From Hormiphora californensis (lineage: Eukaryota > Animalia > Ctenophora): a stretch of DNA of 64,000 bases. Of this stretch, positions 1 to 19,618 are shown piece after piece. The position numbers were made by a program, and so were the translations under genes. A model generated the notes under the pieces. The model was not told the origin of the DNA. It ran no database searches and worked only from the letters and a program-made list of their open reading frames with translations. The DNA lies in NCBI GenBank assembly GCA_020137815.1, contig CM035357.1, positions 1,054,001 through 1,118,000 on the forward strand, read 5' to 3'. Within the stretch, counting starts at the first letter, position 1. Every line of letters begins with the position of its first letter.

Positions 1-54
1 TCCTGCCCCTCCAATGCAAATGGTGTCAAGTCGCCCCAGATACACAAACGAGAA

Positions 55-390
55 GAGAGAAGGGAAACCTCATCTCCGACATTATATGTGAAGGGAGGGG
101 AAACCACCTCTCCGACATTATATGTGAAGGGAGGGGAAACCACCTCTCCGACATATGTGAAGGGAGGGGTAACCACCTCTCCGACATATATGAAGGGAGG
201 GGAAACCACCTCTCCGACATATGTGAAGGGAGGGGTAACCACCTCTCCGACACATATGAAGGGAGTGGTAACCACCTCCAACAAATCTGTGTGAAGGGAG
301 GGGTAACCACCTCTCCGACATATATGTGAAGAGAGGGGTAACCACCTCTCCCACGAAGGGAGGGGTAACCACCACCTCTCTCCGACCTGT
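55..390. repeat. Minisatellite, ~33-bp unit ATATGTGAAGGGAGGGG(A/T)AACCACCTCTCCGAC, about 9-10 copies
   Basis: Tandem unit directly visible; explains the repetitive ORFs 26..310, 88..294 and 118..405. Confidence 0.95.
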
Positions 391-683
391 ATGTAAAAGG
401 GACAACTAGGGCGGGAAAAGCGAGGGAGGAATCCTTGATACATAGTGTAGGGAGGGTTCAACAAGTTGTGGTTACACACTCTGTATCAGTTGGTACAGAC
501 TATCAGCACCAGACCTTCTTTCCACTGCTATAAAACCTGCCAGGCCAGTGCTCTGACCGCTGTTCTTGCGAGGTCAATGATCTGACAGACTCATAGTACG
601 GGAAATGACGGTGTAAGAGCTGTAACACAACTTGAAACAACCGACCAAATGGAAATATGGACAATTACAAATGATCATTATAG

Positions 684-792
684 CAGGAACCGACCGAAAC
701 AAGTAAACAACCAATCAGAACTCGTTATTTAGGTCACGTGACTGGTTATCAGCCAATCAGGGACCAGTATTTCCTGATTCGGTCGGTTCCTG
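684..792. mobile_element. ~109-bp hAT-type MITE (CAGGAACCGACCGA...TCGGTCGGTTCCTG)
   Basis: TIRs with CAG..CTG ends; 8-bp TSD cattatag/gattatag; several family copies in the window. Confidence 0.9.
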
Positions 793-1050
793 GATTATAG
801 GGCCAATATATTGGACTAGTAGGAGGCAAATGATAGAGACCGAGGATAGACTTTTAGGAACGCTTTTACATCATCAGCATATATCTGTATCTTTAGGGGA
901 AAATTGTGTGGATTTAGGAGATACTTTCCTGATTTCTCTCCTAAACCTCAAACGATTCGCATTGCTGATATATAGCGTTGAGTAATCTTAGGCTTTACCA
1001 AAACCATCTTACCTTGCTCACACACACACACATTCACACATTCACACTTA

Positions 1051-1167
<117 letters not shown>

Positions 1168-2083
1168 GAACTGACGTTATGAAACTCCTGTCGCACACGT
1201 AATAATAATAATAATAATAATATGTAATTATAGCTATGTGTTGTATAACTATGAAGCGATGGAGAGCGTTATACAGCAATGTGTGCAACACTTAGAGGGA
1301 TTACAATAATGGATTGTACAACTAACTCTAACACACCACTCCTTAGAATAACATGTGCTGTTAGAAAGTAGTGTGGATTAGAGATACTTATTGCACATAT
1401 AATAAACCTCCAATATTGTAGCCTTGTCCCAGGTCCCTGTCTCACAAATGTAAGAGGGTTAGAACAAGCCTTGTCCCAGGTCCCTGTCCCACAAATGTAA
1501 TAGGGTTAGAACAAGCTTGTTGTAGCCTTGTCCCTGTCTCACAAATGTCCAGGGTTAGAACTTGTTGCACACACAGCTCAGTGTTGTAAGGGTGCACGTG
1601 TCGTGCAATGGCACATTAGCTACTGATCACTTTTCCATTGGAAAAACATTCGGATAATAAACAGATATAACGGATATATATAATGATATTATGTCTATAA
1701 TGTAGATATATATTGTAGAGGATGTATTATAATTTACTAAGTTGGAGGATAGTTGAATCTAACTCGCATACCTCGAGAGAGGTTTAGTGGGAGTTAGAAA
1801 CATGGCATATCGAAAGGAGTGTCGCCCCTTAAACCCTATTTATAGTCTCCTACGGAGAGGGTGTTTCAAGCACGCAAGGGGTACAAGGGGGGACTCTGAT
1901 CACACACCTACTACTGCACTCTAATCCTATCAAATTAAGGAGAGGTGTGAGCCAGACATATATGACAGCAGCTCAGGTAATATATAATGTGAGGCAGACC
2001 ACTACCCGCGTGTAGGTAAAATTTCCACTGGAAATATCGGGCGGGATAACTGGTACACCTCAAATCATCATGAGGAGGGCGGG

Positions 2084-2185
2084 TAGGAACCGGCGATTCT
2101 TCTCGATTTCTTCAAAATCGAGATTTCGATCCTTAGTTATTACCTAGTGATCGAATCGAGATCGAACAAGAATCGCTGGTTCCTA
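2084..2185. mobile_element. ~100-bp hAT-type MITE (TAGGAACC..GGTTCCTA)
   Basis: TIR taggaaccggcgattctt/aagaatcgctggttccta; 8-bp TSD agggcggg/agggtggg; lies downstream of the PURA stop. Confidence 0.8.
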
Positions 2186-2529
2186 AGGGTGGGATATATA
2201 TATCTTATTGATACTAATAACTTAATAAAACAGTGTTTTGTGTCCTGTCTATGTATCCACTATCACTCTCGTGTTATACTCACTATATCTTCTTCTATCA
2301 AAACACTGTGGAACACTCACACTCATTCTGGTGTAGCGATATATTCTCTCTCTCTTCCATTAAAACTAAAACGCACACTAATCATGCTCACTCTCTCACA
2401 CACACCCGATACATGTATCGTACTGCTGAGGATGAACTTCCACTTGTTCGACCCTCTCTCTCTCCTCGCCGCGACGGGTTAAAGGAGGGAACACAAGATA
2501 GCACAACTCAAGCAGCACACTCCACACTC

Positions 2530-9502
<6,973 letters not shown>

Positions 9503-9836
9503 ACCCGCACCACCCTTCACAGGAAAAGACAGATTTTAGGACAAAGGGGTTGAGTTACGGCCTGCGTATGACAGCTTGATCACTCCTCTCTTTCACCTTG
9601 ACCTTCCTAAAAAGTTTTGGAAGGTTTTTGAAAGTTTGAGTTCAACAATTTTTCCCTGACATGGTTGATTTTATAATATACCGCGCTGAGTGCGCGTAAA
9701 CGTAACGCGCGACATTTTGGCGTATCAACGATGCATTTCAAAATAAATTGAAGCTGCACTGACATGAAGGTTTGCCCGTTTGATTTGTGCCACTTTTTTG
9801 CTTGTTCTCTGGTTTTTTTTTTCCTGCGCCTGTTAA

Positions 9837-10850
9837 GGCCAGAGGGGGGGGGGGGGGGGGGGGGGGGGGTCGACGGGTTTTTTGGGGTGTTTTTTGAGGT
9901 ATACGTTATATGAAAGCGCTGGGCAAGGCGGATCGATTAGAACAGACGTCATAGATGTTGCGCGCACCGTTTGGCCAAAATTTGGGGGTTAACATTTGGC
10001 CTATAATGGATGTTAACCCCTATAAATCAGGATTGGTGGGGTCTAGAACATCCATCATTGTACCAAAGGCTTCGTCTTGTCTTGATACAACTTCCTGAAA
10101 AGTTTTATGTCGTTACTCCAACTACTTCTTGATTTTTTGGGGGTTTACAAAATATGCGGAAAAAGCCCTTTTTGCCTCTAATTTTGCTCTTTTTTGGGAC
10201 ATCCTGCCTAACTTCCTGAAATAACGGCTAGGACTCAGACCTTGCCGTTTGGCATAGTTGTTCTAGAGACCGTGTTCTTCAAATTTGGTGTAGCGATTTT
10301 TGATTAAGGCCCCCGTTCAAAAATTATAGGGGTTAACATTTGTTTTGTCCATGAAAATTTTATGTAAACCCCTATAATTTTTGAACGGGGGCCTTAATCA
10401 AAAATCGCTACACCAAATTTGAAGAACACGGTCTCTAGAACAACTATGCCAAACGGCAAGGTCTGAGTCCTAGCCGTTATTTCAGGAAGTTAGGCAGGAT
10501 GTCCCAAAAAAGAGCAAAATTAGAGGCAAAAAGGGCTTTTTCCGCATATTTTGTAAACCCCCAAAAAATCAAGAAGTAGTTGGAGTAACGACATAAAACT
10601 TTTCAGGAAGTTGTATCAAGACAAGACGAAGCCTTTGGTACAATGATGGATGTTCTAGACCCCACCAATCCTGATTTATAGGGGTTAACATCCATTATAG
10701 GCCAAATGTTAACCCCCAAATTTTGGCCAAACGGTGCGCGCAACATCGATGACGTCTGTTCTAATCGATCCGCCTTGCCCAGCGCTTTCATATAACGTAT
10801 ACCTCAAAAAACACCCCAAAAAACCCGTCGACCCCCCCCCCCCTCTGGCC
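9837..10850. mobile_element. ~1-kb foldback non-autonomous DNA transposon with TTAA target duplication (Kolobok/Sola3/piggyBac-type target)
   Basis: ~500-bp near-perfect arms, ~30-bp spacer near 10335-10365, termini GGCCAGAGGG..CCCTCTGGCC, TTAA at 9833-9836 and 10851-10854. Confidence 0.92.
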
Positions 10851-11275
10851 TTAAGTGCTGTATTATCCCGTCCTGCGAGTCTAATCTCACAGGTCAACCC
10901 TATGCCTAGGGATAGTTTCAGAATTGAACTGCATCGTCAATTAAAGTGTCAAACGTTAAAATTGGGATGCCTTCCAATTTCGGTCGCTCAAAATCCATAC
11001 ATTTTGGTGGTTGCATGCAACAATGAATCAAGGATGAGATTAGTAGGATCAATATGGTAGTTGGGTGGCGCCCTTGTTGGGACAGCTCTGCTTCCCAGCT
11101 GTTCGAGTTTCGACACAGGGAGAACTCGTGGTTTTAACACAACGTTTCGGCGGTTGCCATAATCATGTGGAAATAAGACATAGCCACACCACTTGAACAC
11201 ACCAAGGGTCAAGTGCGCCACCCTACTACCACGTGGTTGCAACAACAAACTATGCTCGTGGTGTTGTGATAGGTT

Positions 11276-12616
11276 GGGGGGGTACCAACCATTTTTGTGT
11301 ACGGATGTACGGAAAAAGCAGGCAATATTTTTTTGTACGGTCCGTACAAAAAATACAAAAAAATACAAAAAAATACAAAAAAGTTTACTGTTGTCGGGAA
11401 CTTCTTTGGTGCCTTCTACAGGTCTCTAGAGGCGCTCGAGGTCCTTCTATTGGCCTTTAAAGGCCTCTAGAGTGTTTATTTAGTTTATTTTACCATTCCC
11501 CGTCCCCACGACTCCTAACTAGAACAAGTCTTACTAATGTGCAGAAATTCATAGCATTAGCGATGCCTAAATACACGACATGCAAGCAATGGAAATGCAA
11601 AAAGTGCCGATTTACGAACAAGGGAACAAGCCTCACATGTGTGGGGATAGTGGGTAATGACATTACATAATACATTCTTCAGCATTACCAATTAACATCC
11701 AATTATGTCAATTAGCACCCTTAATTGGCATCAGAGGATTTCAAAAAGTAGCTCACGTAACTCAGCGTACCAAAATTAGTGGGGTTAGTGCTCAAACTTG
11801 ACTATTCAATGTCTTCTATGAAATTTCAATTTTTGACCAATTAGGTTCAATTATGGCCAATTAGGGCACTTTCCTCACCTCTGAGCACTTTAAAAAGTAG
11901 CTCACGTGATTCAGCGTGCAAAAATATGTCGGGATAGTGCCCAAGCTTTATTTTCTGATGAAATTTCATTTTTCGGCCGAATATGCCTACTTATTCCCCC
12001 TCATGCCTGGAAAAAGGAGGCATAAGAAGGCCGAAAAACTGAAAAAGCCGAATCGGCCTCTCTCCCCCGGCCAATTGTGTGCGCGCTAGAATATATACTC
12101 TCAAATCGCAGTCATGTCAGCTCCTCCATGGTGTAGTGGTTATTACATCTGCTTGACACGCGGAAGGTCCCGGGTTCGAAACTCGCCCGGACCATTTTTT
12201 TTCAAAACTTTTAAAATACTATAAAAAAAATTAGATTCAAAACCTCAACCGTTTTTAGACTATTTAATTAAAGTTCCACTATCTTGAACTATTATCAAAC
12301 TAACTTAGACCACGGGAAAAAATCGGCCAAAATGGGGATAAATTTTGGCCATTCTCGGCCAAAAAATATGCTGGGACACCGGGATTATGAGTACTACGAA
12401 ACTAGAGGGCTATACAGGCCAGTATAAGGACCCTGCAAACCTCTAGAGACTTATAGGGGGCCCTAAAGAAGTTCCCTTCAGCAGTATATTTTTTTGTATT
12501 TTTTTTGTATTTTTTTGTATTTTTTGTACGGAAAAAGCAGGGAATTTTGGTTATTTTTTTGTACGGACCGTACAAAAAAATACAAAAAATACAAAAAAAT
12601 AGGTTGGTACCCCCCC
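11276..12616. mobile_element. 1.34-kb TIR element with G7/C7 termini and 6-bp TSD TAGGTT, carrying a tRNA-like cassette
   Basis: GGGGGGGTACCAACC..GGTTGGTACCCCCCC; subterminal TGTACGG and AAAAATAC repeats in both arms; TAGGTT at 11270-11275 and 12617-12622. Confidence 0.85.
12122..12194 (+). tRNA. tRNA-Val(GAC)-like sequence, probably a pseudo-tRNA or Pol III cassette
   Basis: A box TGGTGTAGTGG, anticodon arm TCTGC-TTGACAC-GCGGA (GAC 12155-12157), B box GGTTCGAAAC, T8 terminator; acceptor stem does not pair. Confidence 0.7.
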
Positions 12617-12807
12617 TAGGTTGTTATCATAGGTCGTGATAGGTCGTTTGGCAGTGCGTTAGCTTATTGATTATTGAACGACACAGTAAACTGTATTGCT
12701 AGGCTTGCTGTTTTTATACTACATTCATCAGTTTATAAATCAGTTCTTTTATTGAAAATATAGTCTTATGTCTATCTTTTAGGGTGTAGGTACCTACTGT
12801 TGCAGTT

Positions 12808-15800
12808 ATGCAAGCGGAAGATTTTCCAAATCTCTCCAAGCGTTCCCTGAAACGAATAAATCGGGCACGATACAAGGCCCGAGAAGGTAAGAACCTGTGT
12901 ATACAAAGTACACACACAAACAAACTAATTACTAATGTAAGAGCCTACCTAGTGCTGTCTTCCCTTGTTCAACTCTCTCACTCCGCGTAAAGGAGGGTTA
13001 GAAGTTACCTACTGCTGGGATTTTGAAATAATAACCCCTCCTTCCTCCCACACAGAGCTGAAGGACCAAAATAAAGACTGGGTAAAGAACAAATACTACG
13101 AGACAGTGGACACACTGCTACCTCAAGCAGTTGACACTCTACCCCGAGTCGACTACAGGAATCTGAGTGAGGAGGAGTTTAGGAATAAGTATGAGCTACC
13201 CCGGATCCCTATTATAATCACACACGCTATGGATGACTGGGCTGCCATGAAGAAATGGACTGTCAAGGTATGGGGGACCTACAGTTTATGTTGTACTGTT
13301 ATAAATCACGTCTATCACTACTACATACAATCTCTATTCTCTCTCTATCTTCTTCTTTGTTTATCTGGCTTGGTGTTGTGCTGGTATTCGCCCCTTTTTC
13401 AACCCGTCAATCATATTTCAATCATAAACCCCTCTCCAGTGACTGCAACAATCGTTGCCCGATTCCCTTGTTCGACCCTCGCTCCCCGCTCTTTTACAAA
13501 TGTTAGAACAAAACAACCCTCCCATTACAGAAGCTGGCTAAAAAGTACCGAAATCAACAGTTCAAGGTAGGAGAGGACAACAAAGGGAATTCTGTGAAAT
13601 TAAAGATGAAATATTACGCAGAGTATATCAAATGTAACAAGGATGATTCCCCGCTTTACATTTTCGAAGGAAATTATGGAGATGTAAGTACCGTGCACGG
13701 AGAAAGCGAAAGAATTAGGGAAAGAGACTAAGAGTGGGGTCAAAACTCAAAAGGTACCTAGTATAGATAAAATCACGGTCTGCTGGAGAACAGTCCCTAC
13801 GTTGGTCGTTGCTTGGAAATGTTTTGCCTGATTTTGGAGTGTACATCTAACTACCATCCTTATCCCCAGCACCGCAAGAAGAAGCAACTTCTGGAGGACT
13901 ACACTGTCCCCAAATACTTCACCGAGGACCTGTTTAAATATGTCGGAGAGAGACGCCGTCCTCCCTATAGGTTAGCATTTAATATAGTGTGGTCAGAATT
14001 AGGCTTTGTTTGGAATTAGGTTTCTTCTTCTAACTTCTAGTGCTCACAGTGTTGATTGTTTTGGATATGTATTAGTATAGACTACTGCTGAGAGAGTTGT
14101 ACCTACGTGTTATAGTGTTACACTATCTTACACGTATAGATAGGTGTTAGAGAATGCCTTCATCCTTGTGTATCCCAGTTTATTTTAACTTCCCCCTAGG
14201 GGGGATTAGCTACCTGACGCTGCCAGGTCTATCACAAACACACTTCCCCCTAGGTGGGTGGTATTTGGCCCAAAACGATCAGGAACCTCTGTTCACATTG
14301 ATCCCCTGGGGACACACGCATGGAACGCACTAATTTCCGGCTATAAGCGGTAAATATAGAGCTGTACCCTTCTAGAATATTCTATTGCAAGCTATTTATA
14401 TGTTACATGATATCATTCGATATGCATGAATGTCATTACACCCAAAAGTGGGGAACTTTTGTCCTCACTTTTGTCTCGTAATTACTCTATTTTCTCGGCC
14501 ATTTGTTTCAGTAGCCTGTTTGATTCCCCAGTTGTGTTTGTTGATATTGCCACAAATAGCCCCCATCGCTGGTCGATGAGTCAGCGGTGTGGTTGTGTAA
14601 ACTTTTCACTCACTTCCATCAATAATGACACTCAGTACGACGCAGTAGAATTTTCCAGGAGTCGTGCTGTGTGGGACGCGCGGTAACTTCAACACAATCC
14701 TCTTCGCGCAGCACGCACATTCCTGGTGCCTGACGTGTAGAATTGTACCATTCCCCCGCCAAGCCACACTTCCTCACTACCTAGGCATTCATAATTACTC
14801 ACATTCATATTCTCAAGGAAAGAGAGGTAATTAAACATTTTCTAGGCGAACCCCATTTCCTTACTAAACCATTATCGGACCACGCAATCTTTAAGAAGAG
14901 CTGCAAATCGCTCTCACGAAATGCGAATACTATATGATATTGAATGAAAGTTTTGACGATGCATGTGAATGTTAGATATGCCGCAGGCTTTTAAAGATTC
15001 CAACCACAAGATAATACCTGATGAATGAAAATCTTTTAAAACTTGCAGCTAGGGGAGATGTGTGTGTGTATTGAGTATCAGCCGATTCCAGACTTTTCCG
15101 AGAACTTCATATCTTATCTTTTCCCACCCTCCCAATTTAATCGTTTTTCTCAGGTGGATTTTGTTTCCTACATTTACTCCACGGTACCTGCTGAAACAGA
15201 AGCTACCAGACAGCGAAGCGATAACGTGGTTCAAATATATCCATCCGCAAACGAGTGACCCAAACTGGCCCGCCGAGTGCAGACCGGTAAGATGAGACAG
15301 CAGGTAGAAAAGACATTTAGTGTTTTTTGAAAATGAAAAAAGGTTAACACTTAACTCATTTACTAACATAATTTAGAAAAGTTCAAAATTTCTGCCATCA
15401 TTTCATAGTTTTTTAGAATCTATTTCCTTCCATCATTAAGTAAATGATTAATGCAAAACTGGCGAAGGTAAGCGTTACACGATAAGCCCATTGTCCAAGC
15501 CCGAGAACCATGGCTTTGCATTTTAGGGCTTCTTTTCTGTCTCCTCGATTTTTCGCATTAATAGTCTTGATTCCGAACACAATGATAAATACTCCTATGA
15601 TCGGCATGACAATTGGTCCGGTCAACACGAGGAACCATTCAAAGAAGGAAATTTTCCGATCCACTTCAACATACCATTCCGAGTCATCTGATTTTCCAGC
15701 GGAGTAATTAGAGTTTGTTTCCTCAACTTGAACCGTCTCCATGGCGTAGCACAAAAAAGAAGGGGCAGAAAATTATGCTGCTCGGTCGGTAGATACGAAA

Positions 15801-16855
15801 AAGGGGTGATTCACAACGGTGTTACTCCTTCATAAAACAAGACAATACATTTCTGCAACCTGGGGAAAGGAGTAATGATTACCAAGACTAATAGGAAGGC
15901 CGGATCTTTTGTACACACAGTGTGACATACACTCAGACACACACGGAGGGAGTGCGTGAGAGAAAGAGAGATAAACTGGTTAAGATTGAGCGATAGGAAG
16001 GGAGAGATGACAAATAGAAAGATAAAGAGGGAGAGTGAGTAAGATAGATCGTACCAAACGCACAATACGTAGAACAGTGTCATTATGCCGTGACGGTCAT
16101 AATTGCGACCAATCCAGCAATTATAAGCAGTCTAGTATGTACGTGTGTAGACCGTGCTGTCTCGAACCCTTGTATTGCACTCACAAAAACGGGAGACTGG
16201 AAGAGATATGTATGCACTGCTGCTACTGACAAGCTAATTAACACATTCACTATTTTCAGATAGAAGTAATACAAGGACCGGGTGAAGTTATGTTCGTTCC
16301 AGGCGGCTGGTGGCATGCAGTGCTCAACGTCACTGACACCGTTGCCGTTACTCAAAACTATGTCTCCTCCGCCAACTTTTCTTCTGCCTGGTACAAGACT
16401 GTAAAAGGAAGACCGAAGCTCTCCAAGAAGTGGCTCGCCGTACTCGAGGCTAGTGCAGCAAACATGATATAACATATTGAGAATGAGAGAATCAATCACA
16501 ACACCTCACACATTACTTTTCAGTACTGAATCTCCGGTCATATCCATCCATGCTTGTCAGGAGTCAGAATGAACACTGCGCGCGCGATGATCTACATCAC
16601 CACACAATAGCCATACTCAGATCACTACGGTGTAGGTCGTCGCGCGTTACTAGCACCGTAATATTGCCACAAACTGATCTTCTGTCCCGCTCTTTTCTAC
16701 CACCCACATGTTTTGAAGATATTTGAATTCAGTTATCGCTTCCTCTCACTATCATTGATTCTCTACTTTCTCTTCTTAAATCCTTTCCACTTTTAAGATG
16801 ACGAGGTTCTGTAATCTGTATCTCTTATCAGTCCCTACGTAATATATTCTCAGTC

Positions 16856-16954
<99 letters not shown>

Positions 16955-16989
16955 TCTCTATCTCCCTCTCTATCTCCCTCTCTATCTCT

Positions 16990-17040
<51 letters not shown>

Positions 17041-17071
17041 TTTCTCTCTATCTATCTATCTCCCTCTATCT

Positions 17072-17170
<99 letters not shown>

Positions 17171-18264
17171 TCCCTGGCACCTCTTCGACGACCTCAGAGA
17201 AATGAGAGTTGAAATGCCAACATAACGTGGGTCCCAATGAGCCATGACAAAGTAGGCAACTTGTCAAATCACACTACGTACCGTCTGCATCTGATCGACT
17301 GACAAAATAGGGCAACCCACATTTTCTGACCGCCTAGGAACTATGACAATTTGTTCAGTTAATGATGAGCGATTGGGTTTCTTGGAAGAGGTCAGTTTAA
17401 AGACAAATATAGCTAGAGTACGCCATCACTACTAAAAAGTGTCATCTCTACGCCAACAATAGTATAGCTTCAATCTACATTTAGAGGGGTGTCAATTCTC
17501 GCTGGATTTTATAGTACATCGAGTACTACGAACATGTTTGAAATAAAAGAGGAGCTTGTTAAAAGGGAAATGTCCATATAAATGAATGTGTCTCGCACTT
17601 TTTCTCGGCAAAAAGCCGCACTTTAATTGCCCTAATTAATGACGTTGTACCCTCCATTCCTTTGGCCTCAACGCGCTAGGTGTGATCTAGAAATTAGTCT
17701 CTAGCCGCAGCTTCACACCATAGAAACCGGGCTTTTTTCAATTATCATAAAAACCAGATATACCTCTGGGGCAACTGTATTTTGCCGGGAAGATTTGTAG
17801 AAGGAAGCTAAATCGGTCACAGGACTATTTTAGTGGAGAAACTTGAGATGAGATAATTTTAGACGTCTACGTATTCTGATTGCATTCGAGGAGTCCTCAA
17901 AATGAGTGAGCAATATGCAATCAGGGGAGGAAAAAGGAGAGATGGATGGGTGAGAGAGAGAGAGAGAGAGAGAGGAGAGGAGAGAGAGAAAACGGGGCAC
18001 TGGGAATCAGAGGCAGAATCAGAGAGGCTGAAGAGCGAAAAAGAAAGGAAGGAGCCTTGGCAATGGCCCTAACTAAGTTTAGAGAAAACGCGATCTAGAA
18101 AAGGTAACCAGGTTAATAATCCTGATGGTATAAACAAGGCCCTCCTTGTTTCTTCTTCTCTCCTCTCTCTCTTCTCCTCTCTACTCTTCTCTCTCCTCTC
18201 TCTCTCTTCTCTCTCTCTCTCTCTCTCTCCTCTCTCTCTCAGATCTCTTTCATCATCTCTCTCT

Positions 18265-18313
<49 letters not shown>

Positions 18314-18586
18314 CTACCCTATTCCTACCTATCTTCTCTCTCCCTCTCTCTCTCTCTCTCTACTCTCTCTCTCTCCTCTCTTCTCCTCTCTCTCTCTCTC
18401 CCTCTCTCTACTCACGGTATTCCTTTTGCCTTTCGAACAACCTGGAAGAAATAAATTCGTATTTCACTCATCGCCTGGTATCAAGATTAGCAAACAACTG
18501 AAGAGAGATGATCGCGAGAAGACCGCCGATATAACTTAGTGATGCTCAGAGAAGGAGAGGGTGAAGCGGTCCGATAGATGGTGAGA

Positions 18587-18623
<37 letters not shown>

Positions 18624-18829
18624 TGAGAGAGACAGAGAGAACAGTTATGGATCTGTCAAATAAATCTCCAATAGTCGGCACATGTCAGTGATAGACACAC
18701 GTGATGATGGTAAGTGACCAATCAACTGTCAGAGGAGAGAGACTAGAGAGAGAGGAGATGAGAGCGAGAGGAGAGAGAACCGAGAGAGAGGAGAGAGCGA
18801 GAGAGAGAGAGAGCAGATGATGGAGAGAC

Positions 18830-18873
<44 letters not shown>

Positions 18874-19541
18874 CATCTTCTTCACTCCCTCTCTGTTGCT
18901 TTACCACGTGTACATCCAGTGAGAGATGCTCCAAGCACTAGGGAGAGAGGGCTGGTGATGCATCATGATGTTTGGTGCGAGTGATGAAGTTGGGATATAG
19001 GGGGAGAGATAGATCAGATAGAGTTGAGATACAGAGAGTTTCAGACGCCCGACTTTGATCAAATGATCAGATGAAAATCCTTTCATCTCAGCTATCTTCA
19101 CTCCGAGTTCTCTGCACACCCTCTGTATGGCGGCGCCATACTTGTATTGTTCATACAGCACAACGCCATACCCCATTTAATTCTCAAATTGGGATCTGAC
19201 AGTGCGCTCAGATGGGGTCGCGGCGCCAGACAGCACACCCTGAATTTGAGAATAGATCAGGGACTCTGATTCCTCGTTACACAAATATTGTGTAACTCAC
19301 ATTCTGAGCTGTTCGGCAGAGAAACACAAATACTCCGTAATCTTGTTGACGTCACTATCGATGGAGAGAGGGAGAGAGAAAGAGAGAGAGAGAGATGGAG
19401 AGAGATGGAGACGAAGGATTCTGTGAGGTCACTATGAGATGATTGTTTTATATGGAAGACAGGAGTTGGAGATAATTTTACGGTTCTACCTTCAGCTCTA
19501 GTTTGTAGAATTGTATTAACCCATCTATATGGTCATCAAAG

Positions 19542-19618
<77 letters not shown>

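Noticed and set aside
55-390. Regular ~33-bp repeats as a CRISPR array
   Set aside because: Contiguous tandem units without unique spacers, eukaryotic context, no cas genes
12122-12194. Functional tRNA-Val(GAC) gene
   Set aside because: Acceptor stem unpaired and T-stem mismatched; kept only as a tRNA-like cassette
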